DNA of 63,801 nt, the filler included, from Hausera hauseri (taxonomy: Eukaryota): assembly GCA_046269625.1 (NCBI GenBank). It is 11 parts of 11 records of this genome, joined end to end, with 100 filler letters (N's around TTAATTAATTAA, not from the genome) between each part and the next. Parts side by side here need not be neighbours in the genome. Positions count along the whole stretch, not along the records: positions 19,132 to 24,389 come from JBJURY010296723.1; positions 24,490 to 28,571 come from JBJURY010773093.1; positions 28,672 to 32,639 come from JBJURY010850635.1; positions 32,740 to 36,779 come from JBJURY010801644.1; positions 36,880 to 46,752 come from JBJURY010275507.1; 6 more parts are not named here. One strand, given 5' to 3'. The notes under the pieces were generated by a model. That model worked only from the letters and a program-made list of their open reading frames with translations. It was not told the DNA's origin and made no database searches. Of this stretch, positions 23,741 to 37,631 are shown piece after piece (position 1 is the stretch's first letter; the number at the start of each line of letters is the position of its first letter). Made by a program: the position numbers and the translations under genes.

Positions 23741-24259
23741 GATGATATATATATGGTAAGTTAAGCAAAATATATTACAATGCACATTTCTATTCAGATT
23801 TAGACGATCTGGGCTCATTTGACTTTTGGTAAATCGACTCCCAATTAACCCGTTCGCTGCCAAATTCTCCCAGGAAAACAGCCACAATAATCCAAGATAT
23901 TTTAAGATTATTTTAAATCGGCATTTAAATGTAACGACGGGCTGTGGCAAGAAACTGCTGTGTCACATATGTGACTGTTGGTAGCGAACGAGTTAGTGCA
24001 GTTTCTATAAATGACTGAGTTGTGATTTGTTATGTTTGTACATATTTTAAGGTATTTCAAAATATATTAATTTGTAGCGATTATGGGCGAACATTCCAGA
24101 GAGTACTGAACAAATGAAATCCTATTGTACAAGTATATATAGTAATTTAACACTAGGATGCTTAATGTGTAATTTTCGACAAATGTATAGGAAAACGTAC
24201 GAAGCAATTGTATCAATATATACATTCAATGATGACACAATATTTATATCTGTAGTATA

Positions 24260-24389
24260 TTCACCAAATCAGAAAATAAGTACACATTAACACAATGGCA
24301 CAAAGAAATTGTAACAAAAATTATGAGTACTAATTCGGATTCACCAAATCAGAAAATAAGTACACATTCACACAATGGAACAAAGAAAT
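24260..24389. repeat. 80-bp-period tandem duplication at contig end
   Basis: TTCACCAAATCAGAAAATAAGTACACATT.ACACAATGG.ACAAAGAAAT at ~24260 and ~24340. Confidence 0.85.
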
Positions 24390-24489
24390 NNNNNNNNNNN
24401 NNNNNNNNNNNNNNNNNNNNNNNNNNNNNNNNNTTAATTAATTAANNNNNNNNNNNNNNNNNNNNNNNNNNNNNNNNNNNNNNNNNNNN

Positions 24490-25164
24490 TCTGATTTGAA
24501 ATAACACCTACAGTTTTTCATGTTTGTGTTAACTGCAATGTCTAGAGTGGGCTTACCTTTCGATATTATTTCTTTTTCTTCTTCAAAACCGAAGGCTTTC
24601 GAAAGTTACAGTGAACATTATGTCAAGAATACAGCGCTGAGACACCCGATCACCACGCCTTGTCAGCTGACCCATTTCAACCAATCGTGTTGAATTGTTT
24701 TGAGTGAACAATTTTCTAAACCAAGTCCCATTGCAATTATTCTTATTTAAACAATCGTGAAAATTAAAAACAAGCACTTTTATACATCAAAAGATTCCTC
24801 ACATTAATGAGAAATAAATGACGCTTTCAAATAACACAATTTATCTACTCAAACAGATCAAACGAACTTTAAACTTTCAAACGACCGAACGCCATAGCGT
24901 GTAATGTTAATAATACTCCAGAAGCCTGCAGTAATTCGAGCTTAGTCCCCTGTATCTGAAACCAAACAAGGAGCGTCGGAGAGAGCCGATATAACCCGAG
25001 TGTTTCCGATCTAATGAAGCGATCTCCGTTTAATTTTCGAATCTCAGATAATCACATACTTCAGACTTTATTTTGTTTAAACATATGATAGGGATTTAGC
25101 ACAGATTACTTAAAGTGTCTAGGGACTAGGCTAGTCCCCTAGTCCACTGCATTGCACGCCATTG
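24490..25164 (-). mobile_element. 5' end of hAT (ZMYM1-like) transposon, copy 2, with terminus
   Basis: Homologous to 4231-4846; minus strand begins CAATGGCGTGCAATGCAGTGG (hAT-like CAGTGGCG terminus) with a CTAGGGACTAG/CTAGTCCCCTAG hairpin; peptide FEEEKEIISKGKPTLDIAVNTNMKNCRCYFKS. Confidence 0.6.
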
Positions 25165-27834
25165 ATGACCACACAGACTGGAAAGGAGAATCATGTCAAA
25201 CAGACGTGGCGACAACTATAAACAAAAATTTAGACCGCGGACATGACTTGTAATTGAGTTGTAACTGGTAAATTTTCGTGATTGTTTAAGTTAGAAACGT
25301 TAAGTGTGAATGAATACATTCAGTAAACATGATTTGTGTGGTATGAAAGAATCATGCTAAACAATTCTAGCAAAAATTAATAACATAAGGGGACTTAGAT
25401 GAATTTAGCACTCGCTTTATATGTCGAAAGACATTAGGGGTATATAAGAAAATAACAATGTATATGAGTGTATAATACATTAGATTACAATATATCAGGA
25501 GTTAGACGTTAGAAGATAATTGAAATAACTTTACAACCAAATTTGAAAATTAACAATCTCCAGAGCCACTTGTGAAGTTCAAATCACCTTCAAATTGATG
25601 ACCTAGTTTTATCATCGATGCACTTAGGCATTTATCGGATCGACAATCTTACATTGCCGATTTGAATTTAAATTTTCAAATTATTTTGGGGGTAAAGACA
25701 TAACTTTACATCAAAAAGAGTTTGGGTCACGATTGTTGTGTTGAGCTCGGATAGTAGCCTAAAAACTTAGGTTCGGCGCAAGTCGACAGCACACGAAGAC
25801 ATGACTGAATCACAGCCATTATTAAATTTGTGGATGCAGCAAAATAGCTGAGTCCACGAATAACTGGCTGAGACGAAGTAGGAGGGAAGAATGTCCGACA
25901 CCGGAGATCATATGCATTTTAGGATATTGTCCTAACATTCAGGCATATTAATGTCACCTCCACACTTTCTTCAAATTAATTATACCCACACGAGTGAATC
26001 TCGGATGGCTATCACAGAAGAAGTATCCACTTATGTGATACAGTCAAGGTGATTTTAATCAAATTAAACGATACATGTATAAGAACCATACATAAAGCAA
26101 AGGGCTCAGGAGAATTAAGTAGGAGGTTATAGCAATTTAATTAAGGGATGTTTAACGTCATCTCATTTCCATTCATTGCAGACAATGGAAAACGTCAACG
26201 TCGAAATTACATCGACATGGGTGCACATCTAGATTGGGATATGTTTATCTATGATAGTTAAGATGTGCGCACACAATTTTCATTGGCAGAAAAGAATTTT
26301 GAGTAAATTTCAAAATTAATTATCGGTCAGCAACGTTCGAATTATTTATGTGTACGTTACTTTTTCAACAGAAGGGGGGGGGGGGGGTTATTGTAATATA
26401 ATAGGAATTTAGGGAAACAGACGCAAGGGGAGCAAATGAAAATTGTGCACACCGCTACATGTTAATGTGTCTAGCATAAGGATTGCACAGCGAGAAATGC
26501 ACGACATCGACAAGAAAAGCCGACAACAGCTATCCTCACTACAGTGGCGTAATCTAAAAACGGCAGAGCATAAGGATTCACGCCAGAGAGAGTGATGGGG
26601 ATAGGCATGGCCAAGAAAGACAGCAGAGCGGTGATGGCTCGGAAATACATCATTGGCGTTATGCTAGAACCATTGTGTAAACTTAATTGATCGAATCGAA
26701 GGTCTTTGTGAACGATTTCGTGCGTGAATGAAAGAGACGTCGCGAAGAATCGGATTCACAGAGAACTAGAACATAGAGTAAATCGAACTTTCACATAGAT
26801 TACAAACACAGCCATGCCTTTCTACAAATCCCAGCTCAGTTCATCGATGGAGCATCAACAAAGAGGTTTAAGGGAGAATTTAATTAACATGTATAAACTA
26901 AACACTTACGTATGTGCGTGCTTACAGCTTTAATTGAGGTCGACAGAAACCTCAGTCCAGTGCAAACTTTACGAACGGACATCATAACGGACAGCTAGTA
27001 ATTTTATTTCGTAACAAAATGAACACAGGTGCCTTCATTAAGATTTATTTAATTATTTGATTATTTATTGTCGGTAAATGTAAACAGAGTTTAATTATTA
27101 GAAGATGACCTACGGGCAGGAGAAGGTCAACGGTTAGGGGATCAAGGCTACAGACTCGGAGTCACAGTAGACGTCACGGTCGACTATTGGTTTAAGGTTT
27201 TAGTGGGATACACTTAAACACAGGCGGCTCCAAAGGGAGAGGCTACTAAATTTGAATCTTGGTTCGGATTCGGGATTAGCTTCCTGAATGGACAGTGTAG
27301 AAATATTTGGATAAGGACTGTGGACCGTTATTGTGAAGAGGCTCCTCTAATAGGAACTGCTGACCACTTTAACGAAGAGGTTCTTGATCATAACAATTGT
27401 TGACCATTGAGCTAAAAACTATTGACTACCCATACGATGATATTCTTCAAGTAAATTGTAATGGGTTTTATTTGCACGATTAATGTTCGGGAGATTGAGC
27501 TCGACCCAAGATGTATTAAGGATAATTTGTAACCATGATGGAGTTTAGAGGTATTAAGGAATGGAAGTTCATTCATGGACATTTTTACACAGCTACAGCA
27601 TTACTTGGTTATATGATTACTTGATTATATAATTTCGTTGCGTATTGAATTATGTTGATTTAATAACATCTCACACGCACCAAACCCTCATTTCTAAAGT
27701 AACCCTGAATACAAAGTGATGTCTCTAAAAGGTTCGCGTTATTCATTACTTGAATCTATAATTTATATTCCCCTAATCGGAAGTGGAGTTAGAAACATGT
27801 ATTAAGTTAGATTTATCATTTATTTTTATTATAT

Positions 27835-28470
27835 GACACAAGCCGAGACCCACCCCATCCCCTGGAAAACAAAGTTGAGGATGATGATGATGCATGGCAC
27901 ATGATGATGATACTTAACATTCCTCACCTCTTATCTTACCCATATTCCTATAACCTACGTCATGGTGATGATGCATAACTTCATAAATACGTCATCAACA
28001 AGGAAAACGGTACATAACAATCTAACTACATACAATTATTACGTCATCAAAATGATGTCATAAAAGGAATGATTATGGTACATCTAACTATATAAACACG
28101 TCATCAAAATAAATTTCACAAAAATTACCTCCCTTTATCTACCTGGTTACCCACATGATGACGACATCCCTAAGACCCACCCTGACCCCGTACATAACAA
28201 AATATACAAATCAATATTACAAATTCACAAAACAAGGCGATCTGCCCGGCTATCCACCTCTGCTGACGATACCCGCCCTTATCAAGGCTTACAACACGAA
28301 TATGAAGAAGAAAGACAGCTGCCACCTGGTCACCCTACTTACGTGACAAATACACAAAACACCTATAAATACATAACAATTATCTAAAATAAAAATACCA
28401 TTAAAAAAACTACAAAAGTTGTCTCCCGTTAACTATTCGGGTACCCAGCGCCAGACGCCATCTTGCGCCA
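27835..28470 (+). repeat. Interspersed repeat related to the contig-10 foldback arm and flank
   Basis: CCACCTCTGCTGACGATACCC..CTTATCAAGGCTTACAACA and GCCACCTG...ACCCTACTTACG match 56895-57060; TACGTCATCAAAATGATGTCAT resembles ~53120-53160. Confidence 0.7.
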
Positions 28471-28671
28471 GGTTCTCCCTTTTAGTTAGTTTAGTTTAGT
28501 CGAAGGGTCAACATCTACGCACACGGATAGATCCATAAGTGCTCCGTTCTCCTCCATTCTGGAGGATCTCANNNNNNNNNNNNNNNNNNNNNNNNNNNNN
28601 NNNNNNNNNNNNNNNTTAATTAATTAANNNNNNNNNNNNNNNNNNNNNNNNNNNNNNNNNNNNNNNNNNNN

Positions 28672-31600
28672 AATGAGTTATATAGGCTTGTCTAAGATCG
28701 TTAATCATTATCCGTTTGTCCGGGCTTTGTTCGAGTATTGCTGCGGGATTTCTGCTGTCTAATGTTAATTGGGCTAAACGGTTGGCTACTGTATATAGCT
28801 CGTATTCCTCGGTTGATAATTCATGACGGTCTTTGCGAAGCTTGTTTATGCCGCGATGTATTGGAATTATTTTGTTAGTAGTTAAATAGTGGTGTTTGGC
28901 TATTGATCCTACTCCTTGTGCTATCAAGGTTATGATTATTTGCGTTTCCTCTGAGAGTATGTCAAATGGGGAATAAATTTCTTCCTTTATGTAATTGATA
29001 ATTTCTTCGTTCTGTGATATTAGCTGTATATAATGGCGATTTAGCCTTGGCTCTTTCGCATAAATCTCTAAGTTTAGTTGGACTGGGCCGTCTAATCTTA
29101 ACCATTCTGTTATTTGATCAAAATCCTTAATAAAGATTAGATTTTCTCGTTTGTATTCTTGTAATTTTTTTTCATAACGTTCTACTTGTTGAGATAGTGA
29201 TAAGTATGGGTTTGGCACTGGGTTTTGAGGTTGATTTGATTCTTCTCGTCTGCAGCAATATTCGCCTGCAAGGTTAATATCTTCCTTATCACCATCGGGT
29301 AAAAGAGGCATATTAATTGATATTTTCTTCATTCTTGCTAGCATTCTACGTTTTATATATTTTGGTTTGACGGTGGGAACTTCTTCCCTTATGGTGTGTC
29401 CTTCGGTTGGAGCAATCTCCTCGTCTTCGTCACTGGTTGTTCAGATTTCTTCATATGAAGCACTAAGTTGATTAAAATTAATAATACTAACCAGATTGAT
29501 AAAGTTTCTTGAGTAATGTTTACCTTCATAGGAGTAGGTTCAACTGTTCCAAATAATATGAATGGTACAATAAGTAATATTAATGTTGAGTAGATGAATT
29601 CGTTATTAATTATGCTGAATTGATTTTTTTCTAATAGTGGTTGGGAGTCGGCAGTTTTCGTCTGTAACATTTGTTCGGTTGTCTTAATATGTATGAGTTC
29701 ATCTGGACTGATGTTGTCTCTGATCATGGTTTGGTCGTAATCAGCCCTGGGTTGAAATATCTTGTGTTGTACATCAACTATCGTTGGTGGTTTAATATTA
29801 ATATCTCCTTCCTTCTTATAATGATCATCATCACTATGCGATATATCTTCACCTTCTTTTATTTTAGATGATTTCCTATTGTAGTAGATACGCATGATAC
29901 GTTTCTCAAAAACGTTCAATCGTCGCAAATTTTTCGTCATATGGGTTATTTCTTTCTTTTTCTTATCTGTTCTTACTCGGCGGTTACTTATTAATCTCTC
30001 TCGTTCTTCTTTAAATGGTTTGAAAATTTCTTCGTTATCGTCTAACTCACAAAAGATTAGATGGTGTCATACTGCATTTAATACACCTGAAAATCCGCTT
30101 GCATTCATCATGTCGAATTTATCTATATATTCGTAACCAGCGGGATTAACGATGTATTTACATCCCGATTCAGATAATTATTCCATACTATTTGTGCCTC
30201 CTCTTCTTTATAGGCATCTATTTCGTCTTGAGTAAGTTCGTCTTTTATTGCCATAAGTGTTTATGTCATCCAACAACTGATCAGAAAGGAGTCTGTTTGT
30301 ACTTTATTTATTAGCTCTTCGCCATAATTCTTAAATAACCCCAGACATCTCTCGGCCAGTTTGGCAATTCTTTTTGGTGGTTTATTTGCTATTATTTCCG
30401 GGGAAATTCTTTGGAGGAGATTAATTACGTCCGCTGCGGGAAATAATGACGGTTTCCCTCGGAGGAAGAGAGTAATCAATATACGTTCTCTACGGCTTCC
30501 GACGAATAAAGGTTGATATTTATTTTTATCTCCATACATTATGCATTCTTCGTGGGTTAGCCGGTATTTATCTATTAATGGATCAAATGATCGAAGACAA
30601 CGTATTATCTGTAATCTAGATTGGGTTTACAGTCGAGTTTTTAACAGTAATTCATGCTTTCTGCATATTGGTTCATTGTTTGGTGTCCCCATTATATCAT
30701 TCCAAGTTCCTATCATGATATTAGCAGGTTGTAACCATATGGATTGTAGGGATACTTCCAATAAAATTTGTTAAAGTAAGTAAAATCCCTAGTAGTATAC
30801 TTTGGTTCGAAAATCATTTGATGTGTAAGATAGTGAAATATCATTTGAAATTTTATAATAAGTATATAGGATACTAGCTATTAGTAGCAATTGGTTTCTG
30901 TAGTCCGATTCTTTAAAGTTTATTCCAGTCTCCTGTTTTAACCGATAGAAATATAATTCATACAAGATTGTATATAATTTCATGAAGTCTTTTTGTTCCT
31001 CGTTGGATAATTGAGTTATACTACCTTCTTGCAGTAAGCAATTAATAATATCTCCGTCCCATTCATGCTGGGTCTCTCTAAATATGCGAAGTATGGTAGT
31101 GAGGTGGTCGTCGTCAAGTATGGTAATGGGCTGGTTGTCTTTTGATTTAATATCGTTTAGCCATTGTTTGGTTCTATTTGCTATATGACGTAACTTTTTG
31201 ATGGTGTTCAAAACATCTTGATCTTTGGGACATTTTCTGTGAGTTTGTGACGGTTTGATGTAATGCCTTATACACTAATCTATGCATTACTCGGTCTAAT
31301 TCCTCTCGGACTAACGAGAGACTGCTTGGATTTGTTCTTAGAGCATTCATTATCCTGAAGTAAGGAAATATCTGGTTGGTCAGCGCGTAATCGTATTCCC
31401 CTGTGGAACCTATTACGTTTGCAATGGTGGTTAGTATTGTATTGGTTTCAGGTGTTGCCGTTGTTGGCGTCATACTAAGGTCCTTTTGTATCACCTAAAT
31501 CAAATCTGATGCAAGTAGCCATAGGGTTCTGTATGGTTTTAGTTCACTTCCATTTTTGGTCAGTCCATCCATGGCGTCTTGTATGCATTCATGTAATTCT

Positions 31601-32639
31601 TTCCATCCCCTAGTATTAGCGCAGCCTTTCCATAGTCTTTCTTTAGACCAATAACATTTTTGTTTCTTTGGAGGGGTTCATGTTTAATTCAGATATTATT
31701 CCTATCCTTATATTGATTTGGATATGACACTCTTCTTTCTGTATGAGAGGAAGAGTGTTGAAGTACTTTTCCTTTTGATATTCTTTCAATATATGTATTA
31801 AATTGGAATAATTGTTATCAGATTGTGTTTGTTCGCAATATTGCTTTTTAGATAACGGTTTGTCAAGTGAAGAGTTCGACGATTGTGTCTTGTTGACTTC
31901 CTTTGGGACCTCCTTTGAATTTAAATAATCCGCGTATACTTTCGCCAGTCGGGTGGTGCGTAGGAATGCTGATGATGTTTCCATATTATTTAAAGGGTCT
32001 ACATCGTCAGTGCTGCTGGATGTCTTAAATTTTTCTTTATTAAAATGTATATTCCAGAAGGAGTCCGGGACGCTTATTATTTTCCAACGTCTATTTGGTT
32101 CATCATCAACATCGCTAAAGGGTTTACCTATCATTAGCAACAAGAGTATCCATAGTAGTATTGAGGTCCACGTGGGACTAGGGTGTTGAGATATGGTCTC
32201 AGCTGCATGTGCTATGTTGATCATGGATATGAAACATTCCCATAAAGAATAACGTTCCTAATGAGAATGAAAAATAACCTTTTATACCCGAGGATTCTCG
32301 TTTTTTGTCTTTTTCTTTATTAGAAGTTTACTCAATGGTGTCAGCGTATTGGAATCCAATTTTATGTCTTCGCAAATTATTTTCATTATTGGTCTATATT
32401 GATCATCTGTTATCCTGCATTTTTCGTGATATTTACCAAGGAAGTCTCTTAGTTCCATTACGCTATTTATGGGTCCTTTGACTACTTGTTGTGCGTGATT
32501 AATACATTCTGCAGTGGCTGGCACGAAATTCTCCAATCGGTGTAGATTTGCAGCTTCTCTAGTTAAATGGAGTGGTGGTAGATTTTTCCCTTTCTGTTGG
32601 GGTAATTCTGAGTAATTTTGCTCAATCGGTTTGACTTCT
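28672..32639 (-). pseudogene. Decayed ~4-kb unknown polyprotein-like ORF with several hydrophobic segments
   Basis: Seven consecutive minus-strand ORFs joined by single stops or frameshifts; no introns; A-rich coding strand like contigs 2 and 9; no recognisable catalytic motif. Confidence 0.55.
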
Positions 32640-32741
32640 NNNNNNNNNNNNNNNNNNNNNNNNNNNNNNNNNNNNNNNNNNNNTTAATTAATTAANNNNN
32701 NNNNNNNNNNNNNNNNNNNNNNNNNNNNNNNNNNNNNNNTA

Positions 32742-33772
32742 ATGCCTTACGTACTTACATCATAGATATACGCTGTTATGGTTTTTATTTTAGGTTACTG
32801 TAATTGTAATGCTAGGTCTGCTGCAGTAGAATATGAACGGCGTTACCCTAATAGAAAGATTCCAGATTCCAAAACAATTTGTGGAACTTTCCGTACTCTT
32901 CGGGAAACAAGATCACTACCGAGTATTCGAAACAATTATGAACGTACTGTCCAACATGACGATGATATTGTTATTAATGCTGTTCATCGTAGTCCAGGCG
33001 TAAGTACACGACGTCTTTCTAGGCGGATAGGAGTTTCGCAGTGGACGGTGTGGAGGTCACTGAATCCAAATAAATTTTATCTATTTCATAAACAAAATAT
33101 TCAACATTTACGGCCAGGGGATGGTCCGCTTGGCTTGGAGTTTTGCAACTTTTTGAATATTAATCAACAACCATACAAGCGTATTTTGTTTACGGATGAG
33201 GCACAATTCACTCAAGATGGTGTCAACATCTTGCACAATGAACACTCATGGGCAGAAGAGAAGTCTCATGAGGTAGTGGAACAGAACTTTCAACGCCGAT
33301 TTAACGTCAATGTTTGGTGTGGCCTTTTGAACAATCGACTGATTGGACCGTTCATATTACTTTGACGCATAAATGATGAGTTCTGTTTGCACTTCCTTCA
33401 AGAAGAGTTGCCACAGCTGCTTGTGGATGTTCCTTTGTATCTCAGACGAGATTTGTACTTCCAGAATGATGGAGCACCTCCCCACTTTTCACGTTCCGTT
33501 TCCGCTCACTTAAATAATGAATTTCCTGGACAATGGATTGGTCGTGGAGGGCCTCACTCTTGGCCACCAAGATCACCAGATCTATCTCCATTGGATTATT
33601 GCGTTTAAGGATGGATGAAAGATATTATCTACAAGACAAAAGTAAAATCTCGTGAAGAATTAATTGCCGCATTATGGAAATCATGGGAAATTAAGAAACG
33701 CAACAAAAGCCGTACACAAACGTACTTGAAAATGTATTGATAATGACGGCTACATTTTTGAACATCTATTAT
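32742..33772 (+). mobile_element. Tc1/mariner transposase relic, DD41D (rosa-type)
   Basis: N-terminal HTH (NARSAAVEY..RYPNR), ILFTDEAQF, VNVWCG, FQNDGAPPH...WPPRSPDLSPLD with 41 residues between the second and third D; internal stops. Confidence 0.9.
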
Positions 33773-33914
33773 AAAAAGGTGCGTACAGTTGGCCAAACCC
33801 AAGTAATTTTCCTTAAAATTAGTAATGTATTATACTAAATAAAATTGAATTTTTTGTACTTATTTCTATTTTATTTTTGACTTAACTTACATCAATTTTC
33901 TCAGAATTAAATTA

Positions 33915-34584
33915 CCGACTGTCAGTTACTCCTCACTTCTCAGCCAAAAACATCAAGGACTGCTTGGCATGTGCACAGCGATATAAAACCTGGAGCGATT
34001 GGTCTACCACTTTGTTTAGTGATGAAAGCGTCATTAAACAGTTTTACAACTTCTCCACATTTGTTCGCCGTCCTGTTGGAGAGCCTTTCAATCCAAGATA
34101 CACGGCTGGTATGGTGAAAAACACGCCATCAATCATGATATAGTCATCAATATCATGTGCCGGTGGTGGTCCTCTCTACGTGGTTCATAAGAAAGCAACA
34201 ATAACATCGGCGCACTACCTCTCAATTTTTCGGCTGTACCGCCTGCTGACACTCGCAGCCCACTCATGCACAACTTTTCAACAATATGGAGCTCCGGCTC
34301 ACACAGCTCACTCGGTGCGGAGATGGCTCGCTGAAAATAAAGTCATTGTTTTGGAACCATGGCCTGGCAACTCACCTAACCTGAATCCTATAGAAAATTG
34401 TTCGGCGATGATGAAAAGAAAGGTTGGCGAGCTGCGATCAACATCTCTGAGTGATCTGGAAGAGAAAATGAAGAGAGTGTGGTAAACAGAGGTAACTGCC
34501 GAGTATTGTGCGTCACTGATTAAATCGATGCCACAACGCCTGGTAGATGTGATTCATGCCAGAGGTGGGCCAACAAAACATTGA
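33915..34584 (+). mobile_element. Tc1-like transposase relic (DD35E spacing)
   Basis: LFSDES, FQQ(Y)GAPAHTA, WPGNSPNLNPIEN, SMPQRLVDVIHARGGPTKH*. Confidence 0.88.
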
Positions 34585-34744
34585 GCATGATTTCTGTTAG
34601 TGACACTCCTAGGACATTTGTCTGATGTTACTGTGCGATTTGCATGCATAAAGTTAGTTTTATTTAATAAAAGTAGATTTGGTTTGAGAAAAACATGCTT
34701 TTTCATTATTGTTGTAATCTAATTGCCAGCATGGTATTTATACT

Positions 34745-35320
34745 ATGTTTGTTACGAATTGTAACTTACGATGAAAGATGGGTGTTATATGATAATCGAA
34801 GAAGATCATCGAATTGGTCGGATGCAGTTGAAGCTCCAAAAAATTGACATAAACCAAACCTTTACCCAAGACGACAATGATTCCGGTGTGGTGGTGATCA
34901 GCCGGTATAATTCCTTATGAATTTTTAAATCAAGGTGAAACAATAATTGCCCTGTCTTATTGCCGTCAAACTGAAGTGATGCACCAAAAACTGAGGAAAA
35001 AAGAGTCTTCTTTAATCAATCGAAAAGGCCCTATAGTCCTTTACGATAAGGATGCTCACACGGTTCGTGGATTACGGTGTAAAAGCTAAACGAGTTGAGT
35101 TATGTAGTTCTACCTCATCCACTTTACTCTCCCAACTTATGTCCATAAGATTATCATCTTTACAAGCACATGACCGATTTTCAAACAACAAAGTTTACCG
35201 TAATCACGATGAGGTAAAAATTGATGTAGTTGAGTTTTTAAGTTCAAGATTCCCCAAATTTTTTGAAACGGGTATAATTAATTTGTTAATTCGTTAGCAG
35301 AAACGTATTGACTGTGAGTA
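34745..35320 (+). mobile_element. Mariner (DD34D-type) transposase relic
   Basis: RIVTYDERWVLYDN, VWW, YEFLNQGETI, VLPHPLYSP.L.P.DYHL, FFETGIINL; frameshifted. Confidence 0.88.
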
Positions 35321-35479
35321 TTTTTAAGAGTTTTGTCTTGCACATATGAGAAAAAGCTTTTGCACATGAGCGAAGATACACTCGTGAATGAAAAATTAAA
35401 GTATGCTTGTTATAATTTTTATTCGTTTATATTTTATATGATTTTGACCAATAAATGGTATTTTAATTTATACATTCAG

Positions 35480-36335
35480 GTCGCGGTCTCGAAGGGAATG
35501 ATAAAATCATTTATTGGAAATGTGAAGTGGGCAGTACAATCCATGAAACAATATCAATCCCCATTAGCAATCCCTACAAGGAACATGCTCTGCTGATTGC
35601 TGCACAGCACCACTTGTCGACCCAGGAAGTAAGAAGAAGACAAGTCACGGGAACGTTGAATAGCAGTAGCTTGTTGCTGACTGCAGTTCAGTTGCTAACA
35701 TCTCAGAATGCTGATGCCGAAGAACAAGCGACCAAGGCAAGCAGGAAGATCTTGGATACGGTACGCAATGAGAGATCATAACGTCTCCTTATCGTATTAT
35801 TCAGAAATACAGCAATAAAGGAAATTTAATTGATTTTGAAATCGAATTCGATTCATCATATTTCAGCGGACCTTTACAAATCCAAATACCAGATTCTTTG
35901 ACTTATTCCTCCACGGATACATCGAAAAGTAGTCATTCAAATGGTAAACACAAGAGTATTTGTTGTTGATATTTAGACACAAAAAATCCCGAAATGAAAA
36001 CGATTGATATTCCAATTAAGTTCTACGCTCAAACGGCGGGAATCTATCCATGTAATGTTGTATTAAAGGGTCCCGATGATGTACGGGTTTATAAAATTGA
36101 ATGTACGGTTACACCTGAGGGTCATTCTGCACAGTTGTTTTTCAAAATACCGTTGCAAGACTCTATTCTTCAAAACATACCCATTGTCAATAAGACGAAA
36201 CAAGATTGGCCACTCAGAGCAACCATTTCCAGTACATCTGCCGCCTTTGTCGGTCCAGAAAACATAATGGCTAAGGCCCTTTCTGTTTCGCAATATCCGC
36301 TTCAATTCAAACCAACAAAAGAAGGAAAAGTCAAT
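35480..36335 (+). CDS. CFAP47: Cilia- and flagella-associated protein 47, internal/C-terminal exons with short introns
   Basis: EHALLIAAQHHLSTQEVRRRQVTGTLNSSSL; GIYPCNVVLKGPDDVRVYKIECTV; LQNIPIVNKT..DW; FVGP; YPLQFKP. Exon boundaries approximate. Confidence 0.75.
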
Positions 36336-36956
36336 GTATTATTTATAGTTTTATTTTTTGGCATTCCAATAATTTTCATGTGGAGTTACTTATTAAATAT
36401 TCCAAATTTGAATATAGATTGTTGTAATAGATTGATAGCTCAACTATTTTAATGTGCTCACTAAATTTAATTTTCGGGTTTAATTTGATCGTTTAAGGTT
36501 TTATTTTTTGTTTCTTTTTTTGCACATGAATCCGTAATTAATGGTTATTTATTTATTTTTTTGACAACCTATCTATTTTTCCGATTTTTGAGTATTTTAA
36601 TTTATCTGTGATGTTGAATTTTGAGAAATTTAAATTTTGAGATTTTGCTTTTGATATATTTTGTTATTAGTAAAAAAATTTTTATTTTGTTGATTTGGTT
36701 AATCTGAATATAAATTTTAATATTTTGTAAGGTAGAACCTTACAATGTATAAGGGGTTTTTATATATGAGGAATCCATTNNNNNNNNNNNNNNNNNNNNN
36801 NNNNNNNNNNNNNNNNNNNNNNNTTAATTAATTAANNNNNNNNNNNNNNNNNNNNNNNNNNNNNNNNNNNNNNNNNNNNTCAGCAGGAGAATGAACGAGT
36901 CCATCGGAATTAGTTACATTGCAATGTTGCTTGAAACAAATCCGATCTGCTGACTG

Positions 36957-37437
36957 TCACGTTGGAATGATGTTGGAATCTTTGGAATCTTTGACAAAAT
37001 CTTCCACAAACCGTATTTGATGTGGATTATCATCCAACGACGCCAATTTCTGATAAGTGAGAAAAATCTGGCCGAATATCGTGTCCATATCACCAAGAAC
37101 CTGCTTCATGTCGTAGATAAGGTTCTCGTGCCCTCCAATTCTCCTCAGTACGCCGGAGTATCTCTTCGGGCGAACAGTATCGTACATCATGTAAAGGTCG
37201 ATCAAGATTATAAAGTCCAATAAGGAAATTAATCCGTCGTTGTCGTTGTTGCCGCTTTCGTTTCCACTCATCTTCGATACGTTTTATGAAGAGAGATTGA
37301 ACTATCAATTCAATACACTCTCGTCTGCTCATTATCCTGGTTTCTGTCAGCTCACATAGATACTGAACGTCAAACACGTGTCCAGTCATTATTTCATCTG
37401 TCAATTTCCGAATTTCACTCTCAATGTACTCTTCCAT
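36957..37437 (-). pseudogene. Unknown Polinton ORF (frameshifted)
   Basis: Overlapping ORFs 37090-37437 and 36957-37271 probably form one gene. Confidence 0.4.
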
Positions 37438-37631
37438 TTAAGTTGTAATATGTAATACAGTTGATATGTTTATATCTGAGTAAAATAAATAAGTTACTGT
37501 ATATCAATTTATTATATAATTGTATTTAATGTTAACATTTACTTTTATTTGTTTTAATTTAGAAATGTAATCAATATCTAATGTATAGCGTCACTCGCAT
37601 ACATGAGAAGTCATAACAGTACCATAAACAG

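Noticed and set aside
25560-27600. Possible CR1/L2 LINE fragments (e.g. RGLRENLINMYK, WDTLKHRRLQ)
   Set aside because: Too short and decayed to support a call.
31640-31730. IQINIRIGIISELNMNPSKET as a third Ubl
   Set aside because: Downstream frames lack the helix and RLIFxG-like motif.
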